Shown here: positions 27,171-42,000 of the stretch, piece after piece | Numbering within the stretch: position 1 is the stretch's first letter | Layout: each line of letters begins with the position of its first letter | Source of the DNA: Cycas panzhihuaensis | Taxonomy: Eukaryota > Plantae > Cycadophyta | Assembly (NCBI GenBank): GCA_023213395.1 | Contig: CM041465.1 | Location: 48,739,741-48,803,740 of the forward strand | Length of the DNA stretch: 64,000 bases | Direction of reading: 5' to 3' | Program-made: the position numbers and the translations under genes | Notes under the pieces: generated by a model | The model's input: only the letters and a program-made list of their open reading frames with translations | What the model was told of the DNA's origin: nothing | The model's database searches: none

Positions 27171-28436
27171 CAAGTCATCGAATGCAAACTTATGAATGTT
27201 ATATTACAATCTTCTTCTTGTGGTTTATTTAGTCATGCTTACATGTTAGTGCATGTTTTCATGACATCAAATGTTTTGTAAATTGGGATATGAGCCCGGA
27301 GTCAAATTAGATTTTAGTTTATTATTCCTACTTTGGTTTTATAATAATGATTGAAAATTAATAGTATATATATATATAAAGGTAAATGGATATCATTAAA
27401 TCAAAAAATTAAATGCAATATAATGGGAAATACAATTCAAATTATAATTTTGGAACATAAAATTTTATGATTAATAAAAAATGAGCATCATAGTTTAGTA
27501 TTAGAGCATGAGTTCAATCTTCAAAAGGTTTTTGGCATGCATAGTTATGAGTGCTCATTTATAAAATATGAATTTATATGCTCTTAATTTGTCAAATACC
27601 ATTAGATTCAACTTACCTATTACCTAAAGAAGTTAGTTGCCCCTTAGGAATAATGGAATTAAATTAGAATACAAATGTATGCATAACCCTATTACCCTGT
27701 TGTAACCGTTTTCCATGTTCCTTGGTTGTACCTACTAAAATAGAGTGTTCATAGTTAATTACTTAAACTTCAAACATAAAACATCTATGTGAATTGATTA
27801 TCTAATGTGAAATTGTGTTATGTATGAAACTTTTGGTGAAACCTGAATGATTGGGGATTTAGTTGTCTTTTATTTTCTATAATGTTATTTCCCATATGAA
27901 ACTTCTTGATTTCATGCCACCTAATTCACCTCCTTGTAAAAAGGTTAGCCGAAAAGAGCACAATCACGAGGCTTTTCCTAGGTTTTAGAGTAGCCAGGTG
28001 ATTAGGTTTGTTTACTTTTATCTTATTATGGTTGTTAATATGTCAATGGCATTTGCTTTGTATATAGTTAGCCTTAGATGGCTCGAGGATAATATTGATT
28101 TGAATTATGGCTCAATACATAAGTACAATAGAGCTATAACAACCATCACCATAGGATACAAATTAGTAAGAGTCAACTAATTTACTAAAATGAACTTGAA
28201 GTAATCTCTGAAGCAAATACAAAGATATAGCAAAATAGGAATTAAGCTATATTGCGAAAATATTAACAAAATTTCTAATAAATGGTGGTGTTAAAGAACA
28301 CTGGTGAGTATTTTCACCTTATATTTATAGTCGGGACGTTGGACAAGCTTGCTATTGATTGTTTTTTTTTTTAAATTAAAAAATAATAAAAAATAAATAA
28401 AATAATATGTACCTCTTTCCTATGTCAGTTGTATAC

Positions 28437-30064
28437 AGCTAGAAGCGGCCTAATGGAGTTCCAAAGCCATTATGTATACTTTTAATACAAAATGAATATT
28501 GTATGTTAACATTCTCCCCTATAAAATTCATTTTGTATAACACTAAGTTTATCTCTGAATTTGTAGAATTTAACCTTCCTAAGTACCTTTGTAAAAGTGT
28601 CTGTTGTATGATCTTCTGTGCTGTAATAAACTAATTTTATTTCTCTTACTTGGACAAGTTTCCAAATGAAATAATGTTGCATCTCAATATGTTTAGTTCT
28701 TCTATGAAAAATCAGATTACGTGCCATCTGAATAGTGTTTAAATTGTCACACCATATTTTGGTAGAACCATCATGTTTCAATTGGAGATTATGAAGAAGA
28801 CGACATAGCCAAACCGTTTCGCATGCACCTAATCTTGCTATCTTATATTTTGCTTCAACTGTGAATAAGGAGACGGTATTTGTTTAGCCGCTTGCTAATG
28901 TGTAGTTTTAGGATTTTGTATGAACCTTAACACAACACTAACTGCATGTATGATATCTGGTCGTGTTGATATAAAGTATATTTGACTTTCAATCAACTGT
29001 CTATATAATGTAGAATCAACAGGAATAGAATCATTAAGTTTGGATAGTTTGATTCCAATTTCAGCTGGTGTGGATAAGGCCTTGCAGTCACTCATCTTGA
29101 ACTTTTAAAGTAAGTCCAAGGTATATTTCTTTTGGGAGATAAAGATGCCATCCTCATTTTGTCAAACTTGTAATCCTAGAAACTAATGCATTAACCCCAA
29201 GTCTACCATTTCAAACTCTTTGCATGTCATCTTTGAATTTTTGAGAAAGATAGGAGCCATTTCCTGTATAGACCAAGTCATCAACATAAAGTCCCATAAT
29301 TAATATGAAGTCTTTTTAACTTTAATGTATAGGTTTGGATCCGATTGGGTTCTCTCAAATCCTTGATCTCTGAAATAGTTATCTATCTTAGAGTACCATG
29401 TTCTAGGTGCTTGTTTTAAATTATAAAGTTTCTTTTTAAATTTATACATTTTATTCTCTTCCCCCCTGACCTCAAAACCTTTAGTTGTTGAACATTTATT
29501 TCTTCTTCAATATAACCATTGAGAAAGACACTCTTAACGTCTATTTGGTGAACATCCCAAACTTTTTGGGTTGCTAGACTTAATATCATACGAACAGTCT
29601 CTATCCGAGCAACATGAGTAAAAGTTTTATTATAATCTATGCATTCTCTTTGTGCTTAGCCTTTGACAACAAGTTTGACCCATTATATATGAACTTAGTC
29701 TTATAGATCCATTTGGTTCTAATGGTTGTTTTATTGGTGGGAAGATCAACAAGTTCCCATGTATTATTTTTTACTATAGAATTATACTCCTCTTCCATAG
29801 CTTTTCTCCATTCATTATGAGTATTTGCCTCTTCATAAGTGTGAGGCTCATGGATTTCCATTACTTGACTCATAATGGTGAAATTAACTCGATTTGAATG
29901 AGTAGATCTTATGTCAAAGTTATTGTCCAATATATTATCTAAGTTATGGTTTCTTTAGACCCATATGCGAAACCTTTGAGGTTATAGACGGCTGGAAGCG
30001 GCCCCGCAGAGTTCCAAAGTTATTATACACACTTTTAATACAAAATGAATATTATATGCTAACA
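28437..30064 (-). mobile_element. Internally deleted Copia element (RT and RNase H retained)
   Basis: ORFs EPHTYEEA..WRKAMEEEYNSIVKNNTWELV, MSDCKALSTP and IWCDN..FHRRTKHIE. Matching LTR-end segments at 28437-28511 and ~29990-30064; PPT rc ttctcccct. The 3' LTR extends further left with an unresolved boundary. Confidence 0.85.
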
Positions 30065-30867
30065 ATCCCATAAGTCAACCTGTAACTAGCCATCCCTATT
30101 AAGAGGATGCATAAATCACACAAATTAGTAAAACCCATCTCTTCTTCGAGCAACTTGATAAGAGGAATTCATGTCCCTAAAGGAATGCTCAATAAAGTTT
30201 TATTGTATTGGATTGAGTGTCAAACCTTCAATCGTGTATTATATGAATATCATAAGTCATGCATTGATGTGAGTATTGGTGTAAAATGAGTGCTAAACTT
30301 AGGCTTCCCTAAAATTCCATGTAAGTTGAGCTAGCCCATAAATGAACCTTCATTTCATAAATGCACTTAACAATATTGGGTTAAATAAAAGGAGTATCAA
30401 TGAAACATGATTACCTAAAATTTATTAAATATAATTTAATTATTTTAGAGAGATTGATTAGGCTTCTTTGTGTGTTTGATGTTTTATTAAAATTACATTT
30501 AATGCTTTTTGTTTTAATTGTAAGCCATAAAAAGAAGATTGAAACCTTGAATTATAGTAGTATAGAGGAAGAGATTTTGAAATTTCATCTCATAATAAAC
30601 TTGCAAAATGCAAACTAAAACAAACAAAAATAAATGAATAAAAGTTATCTTTATGGTTAGTGACCTTTGTCCTACTTCTAGTGTAATTAAATTTCTTTGA
30701 TTAAGAAAGATAATTAAGGATTTATTTAATGTGTGGTACTATGACATGTCTAAGGCTAAGCTATGCTTAGTACCATTTAATTTAATTTAACCCTATAGAA
30801 ACACAAGTTGTGTATTAAATGACTAGAGTGCAATGTTGTCCTTAACTCTAATTGATTGACCATAATT

Positions 30868-30898
<31 letters not shown>

Positions 30899-31519
30899 CC
30901 ATGTATGAAGTATAAAGTATTGATTTTAGTTAAAGAATATAAGCAAATTAAATTATAGGATGAGGTGATATAGCAAGGTTAGGTGTTTTTCTTCCTTTAT
31001 CATGGACTTATAACTAATTCCTTAATTATGAACGATGCCTTGGAGAAAATCCTAAATTCATTTAGAAATATAAGTGGTAACAAATTTGTTGCCTAGTTAG
31101 TCATTATGCATTGTATAGAAAATAATACTATAGAAATGACTACTTTGGATCAATTAAGAATGTAATGAAATGTTTTTGTATTTGTATCTACATGTTCATA
31201 CCAATGATTATGGTTAAGGATGATTATCAAGCCCACTAATCGATTACTGGTGTTCTTGTTAGAAGTGATATAGATACAGTTACTATGGTGATCCAAATGG
31301 GCCAACCACATTGAATAAGGATGCTTGATCGATCATAGGGGGCCAATCACCAAGCTAACACACAAGGTGCTTTGTAAAGGTGTCTAAAGATGGTTGATTG
31401 ATTATAAATAGATGATGTTTAAGGTACAATTGTCACATGCATATATATGTGTCTGGTGTTCTCCTATAAGGAGGCATGACTTGTTGGTGTACCCTTTTAT
31501 ATACAAGTAATAATAAATT

Positions 31520-32400
31520 AATAGTAATTGTTGATTGAGTGTGTAACAATACTCCCTATCTTAAAAATGCTCTACCCTTAAAGTATACTTAGAAAATGGC
31601 AACTTAATATTGCCTCTTGTAGATAGGAGGTGGTCATATTCATTAGACTTGCTTCTTTCAATAATGATTTGATGAGTTGCGAGTCATTGTAAGTTCTCAA
31701 ACCAAGCTAATTTATTCGAGACTTGATGCTACAAAATCTTCTATATTCGATTATTATATTCGACTGTAGATATGTGCTAGATTGCCTATATCTAATTGGT
31801 TATTGAATGTTTCTTTTTGAGAAGCTTTAATATATCCAATTTGTGACATATCCATTAGGAGAGGCTTTAATATATTTTTTAGTATATTATATCCTAGGAT
31901 CAATTTGGAATGTGACTAGGAGATGAAGTTGTTAATAATACTAATGGATTTTCTAGTGTATAATTTTTAATCTATGGATTATAAGTTGCTCTTTATTATT
32001 TAATAGGTGGAGTTGGACATCTAGTGTCTTCTACCATATGTGTGTTGTCTTGTTGAACCACTAATCAATAGTGTATTTTTGCTTTCACTTGTTTTGTATA
32101 GTTCTTCATAATTTTTTTATGATGATCTTTTAAGTCAATTGGACAAATGACCTCTAAATTTGATGTGTATTCTTCAAATAAGCATATCTCTTATGGGGGT
32201 ATATTTTCACCTAGATAATTTGAGTATGATTTCTAGGTTTATCTCATATTTGATAGGTTCTCTTGTGTGTGCTCTACCATACATGATCCCTTGTCGATGA
32301 ATATATAACCTGGTGATCCACATTCATATCACACAATTATAAAAAATAATTTGAGCTTTATAATATTTAAGTTCTTCGATATATTATTCTTATAGTTCAT
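31520..32400 (-). mobile_element. Highly decayed gypsy-like gag/protease remnant
   Basis: Minus-strand V*YECGSPGYI (zinc-knuckle-like, ~32305-32335) and DIGSIVT-like protease motif near 31545-31560. Very degenerate. Confidence 0.35.
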
Positions 32401-33383
32401 TATATTCTTTTTCATAATTTTTACAACCAAGTGGTAAACAAAATCTTGGGTTAGCTTTGAAGTGCATGACATTAACTATTTGAGATATAGTTAAAGCTCT
32501 TAGTTTTTCTTGAGGATCTTTGATCTTAAATAACCTTTGCATTTTAGCTAATTAATCATTATAAAAAGAATGAATGGCACCATGTTTATCTTCTATATTA
32601 TTTGATGGCAAGATGCCATCTTAGTTTAGTACCACTAATTTGTGGTTGTGTACTTTGATAAACAACCCCAAATAACCATCTTTACATAATAACACTGCGA
32701 TGTTTGGGTTACTACATTTTAGTAGATCTCCTTTTTGCATTGTTGGAAGATTGTCAAACCTTTTTCTTAGTGCTCTAACTCTAATTTTTACTTTTTTAAG
32801 CTTTAGCATTGCAACTACTATATAGTTCTTGTATTGGCCTCGTACTTTTTTGGCATTTTTGTTTAGTTGATGTCTTATGTCATTATGTTCCCTTATAGAT
32901 GATTTTAGTTGTTGGACACCTAATATATATATATATACACACAATAATATATATTATTTATTTATGAGTGTTGACTTATAGATTTCACACCACCTATGAG
33001 ATCGGTACACTTGTCAAGGTAACACAGGTTGTAATCTAGTTTAGGATACAGTCAACATAATCATCACACAGATTTATTCACTATTCCACCCAGTTATGTC
33101 ACAGTTTACAAACAACAATACAGTAATCATCACATATTTAGCAATTCATCCTCATAACATACAAAGAATTCACATTTCCACGTAACTCTTATTTTATTAA
33201 GCAACAAGTCCTTATACAAAAGGTGCTGGAATGCATTCCCTGTGCATTCCAACCACATACACTGTTGCTATCACATGTATACTCGAAAGGTACACATCAA
33301 TATACACAACTTAGGCTGTTGTCATACGTACTGGTCTCCGTACCAATGTGTGTCTGAATACTTGGCTTTCACCCTAGAGAGTA

Positions 33384-36300
33384 TGTCAGAATTTTAACAT
33401 GGAGAACATTGATCAACTACAAGAACAATATCACCAAACAAAGATCAACACACTATAATCAGAATGCATGAACATATTAAGAACACCAAGGACTTAATAT
33501 GAGCTTTGATGATGTGATGTCTATACACTACCTCAACCACCTTTATATACAAGAGAGGTGGGAGACTATACAACACAAGTAATGCATGTGGGACAAATAC
33601 CTTTGTCTTGACCAATATCATTATACCACTAACTTGACCAATAAGCTTCTATCCTTTACATAGTATTATAATGTCCCTTTGACCCTAAGACTTAGGACTA
33701 TGACTAATAATCCTAGGACCCACTTTTACTTAACCACATACACATTAAACATTATATTCTAACACCTCCCCTTAATGTTTAATATTCAAACTATGGACAA
33801 TTTGACATAATTGACATACATTAACACTTGACTTGAATTTGAGACTATAGACACTAAAGACAACATAATAAGACTGACACATGACACTTTGACACATGGC
33901 TATCAAGGACTCTAATGCACTTTGTCTTCTTTGAATCTCCATCGTCTTAATCTTGGAAATGTCTTGAACACCATATCTTGGACTTGATCTTGGTCTTCAA
34001 TCCTGTAGTGTCGTTTTTGAAGTAGTCCTTTGTATTGACGATTTTCGAGCTTTGCTTCTTTCAACTTCATACATAATTGAGAATCCTTGGACATGCAAAA
34101 AAAGTCGTGAAAGATGGGTAATTCAGAATGATCCTGCATGTACTCATCAAAAATATCTTCAAGGTGTCTTTTAAATATGTCTTCTATCACCTGTTTGCTT
34201 CCACCTTCTTCAATATATGAGTGATCGAAATAGATGTTAACAATACCATCGTTGTCCAAATGCAGTAATGAGTTGTCAACCGGTAAGACACCATTATCCT
34301 CCCTTGAAGCAATGGATTTATTGAGACGAGTTCTTGCAAGCTGTGTGATATACCTTATTTTCTCTGTGTCACTCAAAGGGTTCCATGAACTAAGTATAAT
34401 GAGTATTTTCATGATACTCATATGCATATACTTTGTGATTATGGATACGCATACATGGAACATTATTTCAACATGATTGACTTTTATGATCAGGTAACCT
34501 ACCCGAAAGGCAATATGATTTCGACAAGTAAGATTATGATGATATGGTATCCTCCTTATGTTCCTTTGGAAACAACTTTCTAGTGCTACTCTAGGATATG
34601 CTGTTATAATTTTGATTTTTTCAAAGATGAGGACAGAGGATGCAATCGAGTTGAAAGAGATCATGGATAGTTTTCAATACATCCATATCACTGTATGACC
34701 TATTATCATTTGAGTTCTTCCTATCAACCTGTCAACACAAACTAGGATAATATTATCCATACATTTTGTTAGACACCTTGTGTCTCTATGAACTGTTATC
34801 GGTAAGGATTGATGCTTGGAATCTTCATCCTTTAAAGCTGGTTCCTTGATGAGACTTGAAGTATTTGATGGAGTCATGGCTTTGTTATACTGTTTTTCCC
34901 TTTTTTCTTTTCTCTTCAACTTCTTCCTTTGATTCTTTGCCCTTTTGATTCTCCTCTGCACTTCTTCAGGACCTTTTTCATCCACTTCTGTCAGTAGTTT
35001 TCAAGCATCCTCTCGGTGAATCGGTGATGCGGAACACGGATAATGAAGTGATAGGAAGAAGGGAGGTTATCCTTATCAAGGGATGCAAGTATCACGTCAA
35101 TAACAATCCTGTTTTTCTTTTTGAAAAATTCCTCCCCTTCTTCGTGAACTATTTCAGTACCTATGACTATTTTTCAAAGTTTTTTCCATACAAATAGGCT
35201 CTTCATCTTAATTTTCTAAAAACAAAACTTAGTTCCAATATATTTGGGCAAAGGGAAGAAGAGATCTGATAGCCAGTATTCATTTTTTTCAGGCACAAAG
35301 ACTATGATATCATTAAACTCCAACATGTATGAATAAGTCAATCACAGCTATAACTCTTATAATGTATCAATAACAGATATTGTGGCAACAATCTAGGTAA
35401 TCATGATCTCAGTCTCAACAATTGCAGTTCAGCAACCTGCTTATTTATTTATTATCTACCACTGTTCATAGATCACAAATAACACAGACAGAACTAGTTA
35501 TTTTCTTCACTCTGAATTGGCATTGCATGGCACTTACTTGCTCATTAGTCCCCCTTTTTGTTGAGCAATAACGCTCAAGTCATATCTTATACAGTCAGTT
35601 GGGAGACTGTCAACAAGCTTCTAATTCCTAACATTTGGTCCAACTGAGACAGAACACTGTCTGTTGTTCTATCCTCTTGTATTCCACTCAAATCATGAAT
35701 ATTATCTCCTGATAAAACTGGCTGTAATTGGAAACAGGCTAGTCACCAACTAATCCTTGACTGTGTTGCTTGTCAAGATGCTGAAGGCTTTCTCGATGTT
35801 GTGGCCCCTGCAACTCCTAGATTTGACACTTGAGGTATGAAATTCATACCATCAGAAACATAATGGTTGAAGTGACAACCCTCTTTAGATGGGGTACCTC
35901 TCAGCTCAACATTCTTCAAGTTTGTATCATACTCATTTCAATGAGCCTAAGCCATTCAGCTGCACCAGCTCCACGTCAAATCGGCTTCTGCATCCTATAT
36001 ATCTGAAGAAGGTACCAATAAGACTCCAACAACTCCTCTGAATTTGTTTGGATGAAGTCTACACACTCTTCCTCTTGTCGGCCTGCACCGATGGTATCTC
36101 TGCACTGCTGATTCGTACTGTCTCTATGTCCACGTTCTTGCCCGAGCTCACTTGGACTGCCAAAGCATCCGATCTCCCCACACAACATCGCAGTTTGCAG
36201 GTCGGAATGATAGATTTCCCAGAAACTAGATCTATATGTGGACACATTGTTTGTTGGCCTCCATACAGATGATGTTTGCACTAGGTGCAATGCAACCACT

Positions 36301-38107
36301 ACACCTATGCACTATGGTCCATGAAGTCAATAACCTTGGAATTGAAGTATGTTTTCACTTCTGTGCTTTCGGTGGTCACTACAAATACAAGTGTTAACGA
36401 TCTTCATCTCAAGTGTTACTTCAAATATTCAAGCCAGCTTAGCAGTTAAGCAACTTGCAGAGACTTAGCAACATAATCGTCTCTTGTGATTAGGGGTCTA
36501 TCATTCATTTCAATATACGTGCACTCTAATTCAGAGGCCATGTCTCCCTTATTGCAAACAGACGTGCCTTCATTAAGTGCACTTGGGGTTCATGAGATGT
36601 TCAGACTGAAGGGTCATGACATTTTTGAAGCATGCAAGGCGGGTTCTGCCATGACCCGAGAGGGTTTGATTTCGACCAAGAATGGTGAACTTGCTTGCAA
36701 CATAGGAGATGAATTGGAGTGGGACGACATGTGTTTACCTGCAACCTTACGGAGCAGTTTGCCTGTCTGGCTACAATGGGCGAGGAGGAGAGGTCTTTGG
36801 GCAGCGTATTTTGCAAAGAAGATGTTATCTACCAAAAGGACTTGTTAAATTACCTGAGAGCTGGAGCCAAGAGAGGGTTACGCCTTTTTCCACAAATAGA
36901 TTCCTCTTAAACACTTATGTAGATAACTAATTTGCACATAGGGCAGTACAAGGCAAATCTTAGGCCTTAGATGTGTTTCAAATGGAAAAATGGGTGAGGT
37001 CAAAGTGTAGAGCTTGGCGACAGAGCATTTATAAGCAGTCAACATATGATCTAGAGGCTTTTCCTAGAATATTTTCTCCTCTAAATGGAAATTATGATAC
37101 ACAGCCTTAAAGTTTTTTTTTTCTCCTTAATCATCAATCAACTGGCCTACTTCATCTTATTCTTGTGCTCAGAAATAAGACCGTGATGCCCAAAGAATCT
37201 TCAACCTTTAATTTTCACAATCCAAATTTCCAATATTTCCTAATACAAACTCTAGTAAGATTTGTAGGGATGTAGTCTTCACTTACACCAAATAGAGCTC
37301 AATGGCCAACAATTTAGATTTATTCATATACCAACTAATTTCTTCATAGAGTAAGCCCTAATACATGGTTACTTCTCATAACAAAGTGATGGAATGATAT
37401 TACCTGGTGAACTTCTTGTTTCACATCGATCCTTGGCACACTTCGTATCGACACTAGCCTTGAAACTTTTCTTCCAATTCGATCTCCTATCTAGTAACAA
37501 CTTTGATAGAGCCATCTCCTTGCTTGAGCACTATGTCCTTCACTGGACTTCAATCTTCTTACAGTAGGATAGCCTCAGAACTTCTCCCCCACAACTCAAT
37601 CTTCAACTTGGCAAATGATTTAACAGAGTCTCGTCCTTCTTTACTGGAAACTTGGCTAATTTGCACACAATGCCCTTACACATGCAACTTGCAGTTACAC
37701 AGATATGAAAGCCTGCTCTGATACCATGTCAGAATTTTAACATGGAGAACATTGTTCAACTACAAGAACAATATCACCAAACAGAAATCAACACAATATA
37801 ATCAGAATGCATGAACATATCAAGAACACCAATGACTCAATATGAGCCTTGATGATGTGATGTCTATACACTACCTTAACCACCTTTATATACAAGAGAG
37901 GTGGGAGACTATACAACACAAGTAATGCATGTGGGACAAATAACTTTGTCCTGACCAATAGCATTACACCACTAACTTGACCAATAAGCTTCTATCCTTT
38001 ACATAGTATTATAATGTCCCTTTGACCTTAAGACTTAGGACTATGACTAATAATCCTAGGACCCACTTTTACTTAACCACATACACATTAAACATTATAT
38101 TCTAACA
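33384..38107 (-). mobile_element. Non-autonomous Copia-derived LTR element B (no pol), inserted in the LTR of A
   Basis: 381-bp LTRs at 33384-33764 and 37727-38107 (~14 mismatches). TSD GAGTA at 33379-33383 and 38108-38112. PBS-Met rc gctctgatacca at 37715-37726; PPT rc cctcccctt. Confidence 0.95.
33912..35326 (-). pseudogene. Element B ORF: Copia Gag N-terminus fused to unrecognised sequence
   Basis: LPKYIGTKFCF*KIKMKSLFVWKKL*KIVIGTE resembles the Copia gag start, with stops at Trp codons. It continues into ORFs 34674-34985 and 33912-34664, which have no recognisable pol motifs. Confidence 0.6.
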
Positions 38108-39022
38108 GAGTATACCGTAGGATTGAATCACTTAGCTCTCACACTGGAATGGTCCTCAAAGCATCATTAAATATGTCCCTTTGATGCCTTTTGGGTGAAA
38201 GGTTATGACCCAAAGTCATAACCATACCTTTTTGTCACTAAGGTACCCTTTCACTTTAACACTTGATTAAGTCTCCTTAATGGTGTCTTTTCTAATCCGT
38301 ACATATGTCCTTTTGGGCTGACGTCATCATTTCTAGGTGCCTTTGGGTCAGATCTGTCTATATGTACCTTACTATCTGCAAGTGTACCAAAAATGGTACA
38401 CATCTTGTAATGCATACCCAAAAGGTACGTATTTGTCAGACGTACCGAGATTGCATATTTTCTACCTTTTTCCACTATGCGTACCTCCATATAGTCTATA
38501 CCTGCATTCCTCTAATCAATACAAGCCTGTATTCCATCTTCATCAAGGTCTATGTGTCAAAATATGTCTCAACATCTATCCCAAGTCAACATGATGGGTT
38601 TGAGCATCCTTGCTTAATAAAAATTTAAAATTTGGGGTATTCCTCCCCCTCTCTGTTCTAAGGCTGCCCCTACTACCTCTGTTCTACTGCTTGGTTGCCA
38701 TTCTTAGTTAATAAATCATCATCTATTGGAACTTTTTTTTTTTAATGCCTTTGTCTTGTTTTGTTCAACTTTCCCTTGATTTTTTGTATGATAATTTATC
38801 TTTCCTCCATGCTTTACCATATTACTTATTTGTATGATATGAGTTACGATTGTTTTTCTGTTTTTAATTTTTTTTTGTATTTTATGTTATATACCGAATT
38901 GAATCACATTCCAGTATCAAGGCAATTCGATTTTGCCTCAACTTCATGCAACACGTTATAGTACAACCAGCTGATTCAACTAGTAAGTTGCTCCACCCTA
39001 GTTAATATAGGGTTTCAATTTA

Positions 39023-42000
39023 CTACCCTTGACCATTTCGGGGTAATGGCGGCGATAGTTTCTTCAACCGGATAGTGCCATTCTGGTACACCTTCTCAAT
39101 CATATATGGGCCTTTCCAATGCATCTTCAATTCTCCCTGGGTTGTTTGGGATTTGTTGTCGAATCGCCATACTCGATCACCCTTTTTGAAATACGATGTC
39201 TTGTCGTGGCAGTCGTGCCTTGTCTTTTTTCGCCTTTTCCTTGGTATGGTATGCTTTGTTAGTTTCTTCTTACGATCTCTTAATTGATCTTTGTTTATTA
39301 TTTCTTCTCCCAACCAATGTTCTCTACAATGTATCAAATAGGTAATTCCATATAATAATTCTTCATAAAAGGGCTTCACATAATCTCCAATGTATTCTCC
39401 ATGATTTCTATCTTCTACTGTGGTAATTTTGTTTCATAGACTGGAATCTCTAGGAATACTCTCAGCAAGTTCCTTTTCTTCTTCCTTAAATTTGGTGCCG
39501 ATGGTTGAAAAGAATCTTTCGCTGGGTAGGTGTACCTCTAAAGAAGATGATGAATGTTTGTTACTTTCTTCTTCAGGCTAGGATGGAGGTGGGGAAGGGT
39601 AGTCTACCTCAAGACCCACATCGAAGGTAGAGGGAAGGTTAGGGTTAGAGAGGGTTGGGGTATCAGGAGGTGAATTAGGATAAGGGTTTGGGTTAAAAGG
39701 GGGATTTGGGTTTGGGTCTAGGTTTTTAATATTATTATTAACACTCGTATAATTAACAAATTTAGATTTAATATCAACGTCCTCAACTACATTCCGAGAA
39801 AGTAGGTTACACCTATAGGATGAGGGGTTGACTTCATAGGCGTCTTGTAACCAGTAGTCCACAAATCTCATCCTATTTTCATCGTCTGAAGAGTTGTAAA
39901 TTTTTTCAAAGTAAGTCGGTTTAGCTTCTTAGCGATTGATTAATTTGGTGGGTTCTTCAGTTGTATGGTAGAGATTTTCTTTGTCGAACGAAGAAGTAGT
40001 TGTTTCACTCACAATGGTTGTACTTGAACCATCGTCAGGTATCACTTCAATGGATTTCTTCCCTAATATCGGTAATACTACTTCATTCCCTCTATTTGAC
40101 AAGGTGAAGGTTATGTCTTTCCAGCTTTGAAGACATTAGGTTTTGTATAGCCACGGTCTCCCCAGTAAGGCTGGATAAGGAGTTGCACTTTTCTCTGTTT
40201 CCACAATCGTAAAATCGATCTTTACAATAATTCCTGCCACATCCACATTGATGTTCGTCAGTTTTTCCATGGGTTGCACCAACAATTCATTGGCTAGTTT
40301 TAACAAATAGGTTGCTGCTTCCAACTTCAGACTCCCAAACTTCTACCATGTCGAGGTGGGTAGTACATTCACAACCACTCCTCTGTCCATGATTACCCTC
40401 GGAAAATTTTCTCCCAAGACTGTAATTGTCACCGTGGGATCCATGTCGAATGACGACATCACTTTCTTCAGACTCTTGGTGATTCCTCGTTGTAATATTC
40501 CTTCTTTAATCTAGTCGATTACTTGGCACAAAGGAATGGTTAATTGCAATTGTTTTACCAGATTCTCCATCAACAACAACATTCTTGGAATATCTTCTGT
40601 TGGTAATCCTTTGAACAATTCTTCCATTTGCACCACTTGGGGTTGTATTTCTTATTTTTCTGGTAATTTTTCTTTCTCTTTTTATTATTTTTCCTTACAT
40701 ACACGTGCTTGGTTTTAGGTTTTCCCATTGGCAACATAGTCTCTGTTTGAGTTAGTTCCTCTAACACTTGTTTTGCTTGTCAGAATCGACTTATCTCTGT
40801 TTGTGGGTTTGGATATCCCTCTTCCTCATTTTCCTTTTGCTTCTTTTGAAGTTTTATATTTTTTCTTTCTAGTATGATTATCATTAAATTGGTAGCCTTA
40901 GCTTTTCCTTTGCAATCTTTCGTTTGGTGCTCACTTGGTCCACAATTGTTGCACACGAATGGTTTCTGTTCATATTCCTACTTAGTTGGACATTTTAATT
41001 TCCAATGTCTAAAATATAAACATATAGAGCATCTCCCCATTGGTTGTTTCTTCCTCGATGATTCTCCCATACTCCTTGTCGTATATATATTTCGAGGTGG
41101 GTTGCCTCCTCTTTCCCTACCCCGTCCTGTGTATGATCTTCCTATTGGGTTGTAAAAACAATCATTTGTCGTATGAGTATCCATATCGTATATGTGGCAC
41201 CATTTGTCTCTCTGGTGCATTGCACTATTTTTTGGATTGATTTCACACTCTTTTGTTGTGTGCGAACTTTCTTCGCAAATGTGGCACCACTTTTTCACTT
41301 TAAATTCATGGTCCTTCTTTTTCTTTGTCGCTTCCTCTTCTTTATTATTTTTTATTTTCAATCTTGCCACTTCCTTCCTTAAAGCTTCTACTTTTGATTC
41401 CTCTTTCGATACTCCCACCTGGCAAAAAGGTCGGTTATGATGATTGTGTTTAATTTCCCTTATCTCCTCTTGTAATCTCAATCAGAGGGGGTCGTGTCCT
41501 CTAGCTTGAGCATCCATCACCACTTCAAAATCTAGTGCTAAATCTTGGGCATTCTAGAATGACTTCAATGGATGTGCATGCATCATGGCTCTCAGCGTTT
41601 CATTTAATCCTCTAACAAAATAAATTTTCATATTGTGATCTGTCATAGTCTCGTTGATCATGTTGGTTGCAATGATTTTCATCCGACTGATATAGGTCAA
41701 CACCGATTCTCCAGGTCTTTATTTGATTTCCCTAAGGGCAATTTCCATTGCTTCATTACTTCGAAACTTTTGAAATCTTTCTTCAAAAGACTTTTTTATA
41801 TTGGCCCATGATTCTTTCTTGTCCAATTCCTTGTACCAAGCCAATGGTACTCCCCTTAATGTACAAGCGAATCTGGATTTTATCTCATCTTCATCCATAA
41901 TTTTCTTCACGTCAATAAAATTTTGGAACAAATATGCATGCTCAATTGCATCCGAAGTGTCGTTAAAGATCAATTTCCTAAAATCTCTATAGTCGTCCAT

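Noticed and set aside
36240-36325. GATA-finger-like CTRCNATTTPM..GP in B
   Set aside because: The second CxxC is missing and the match could be chance.
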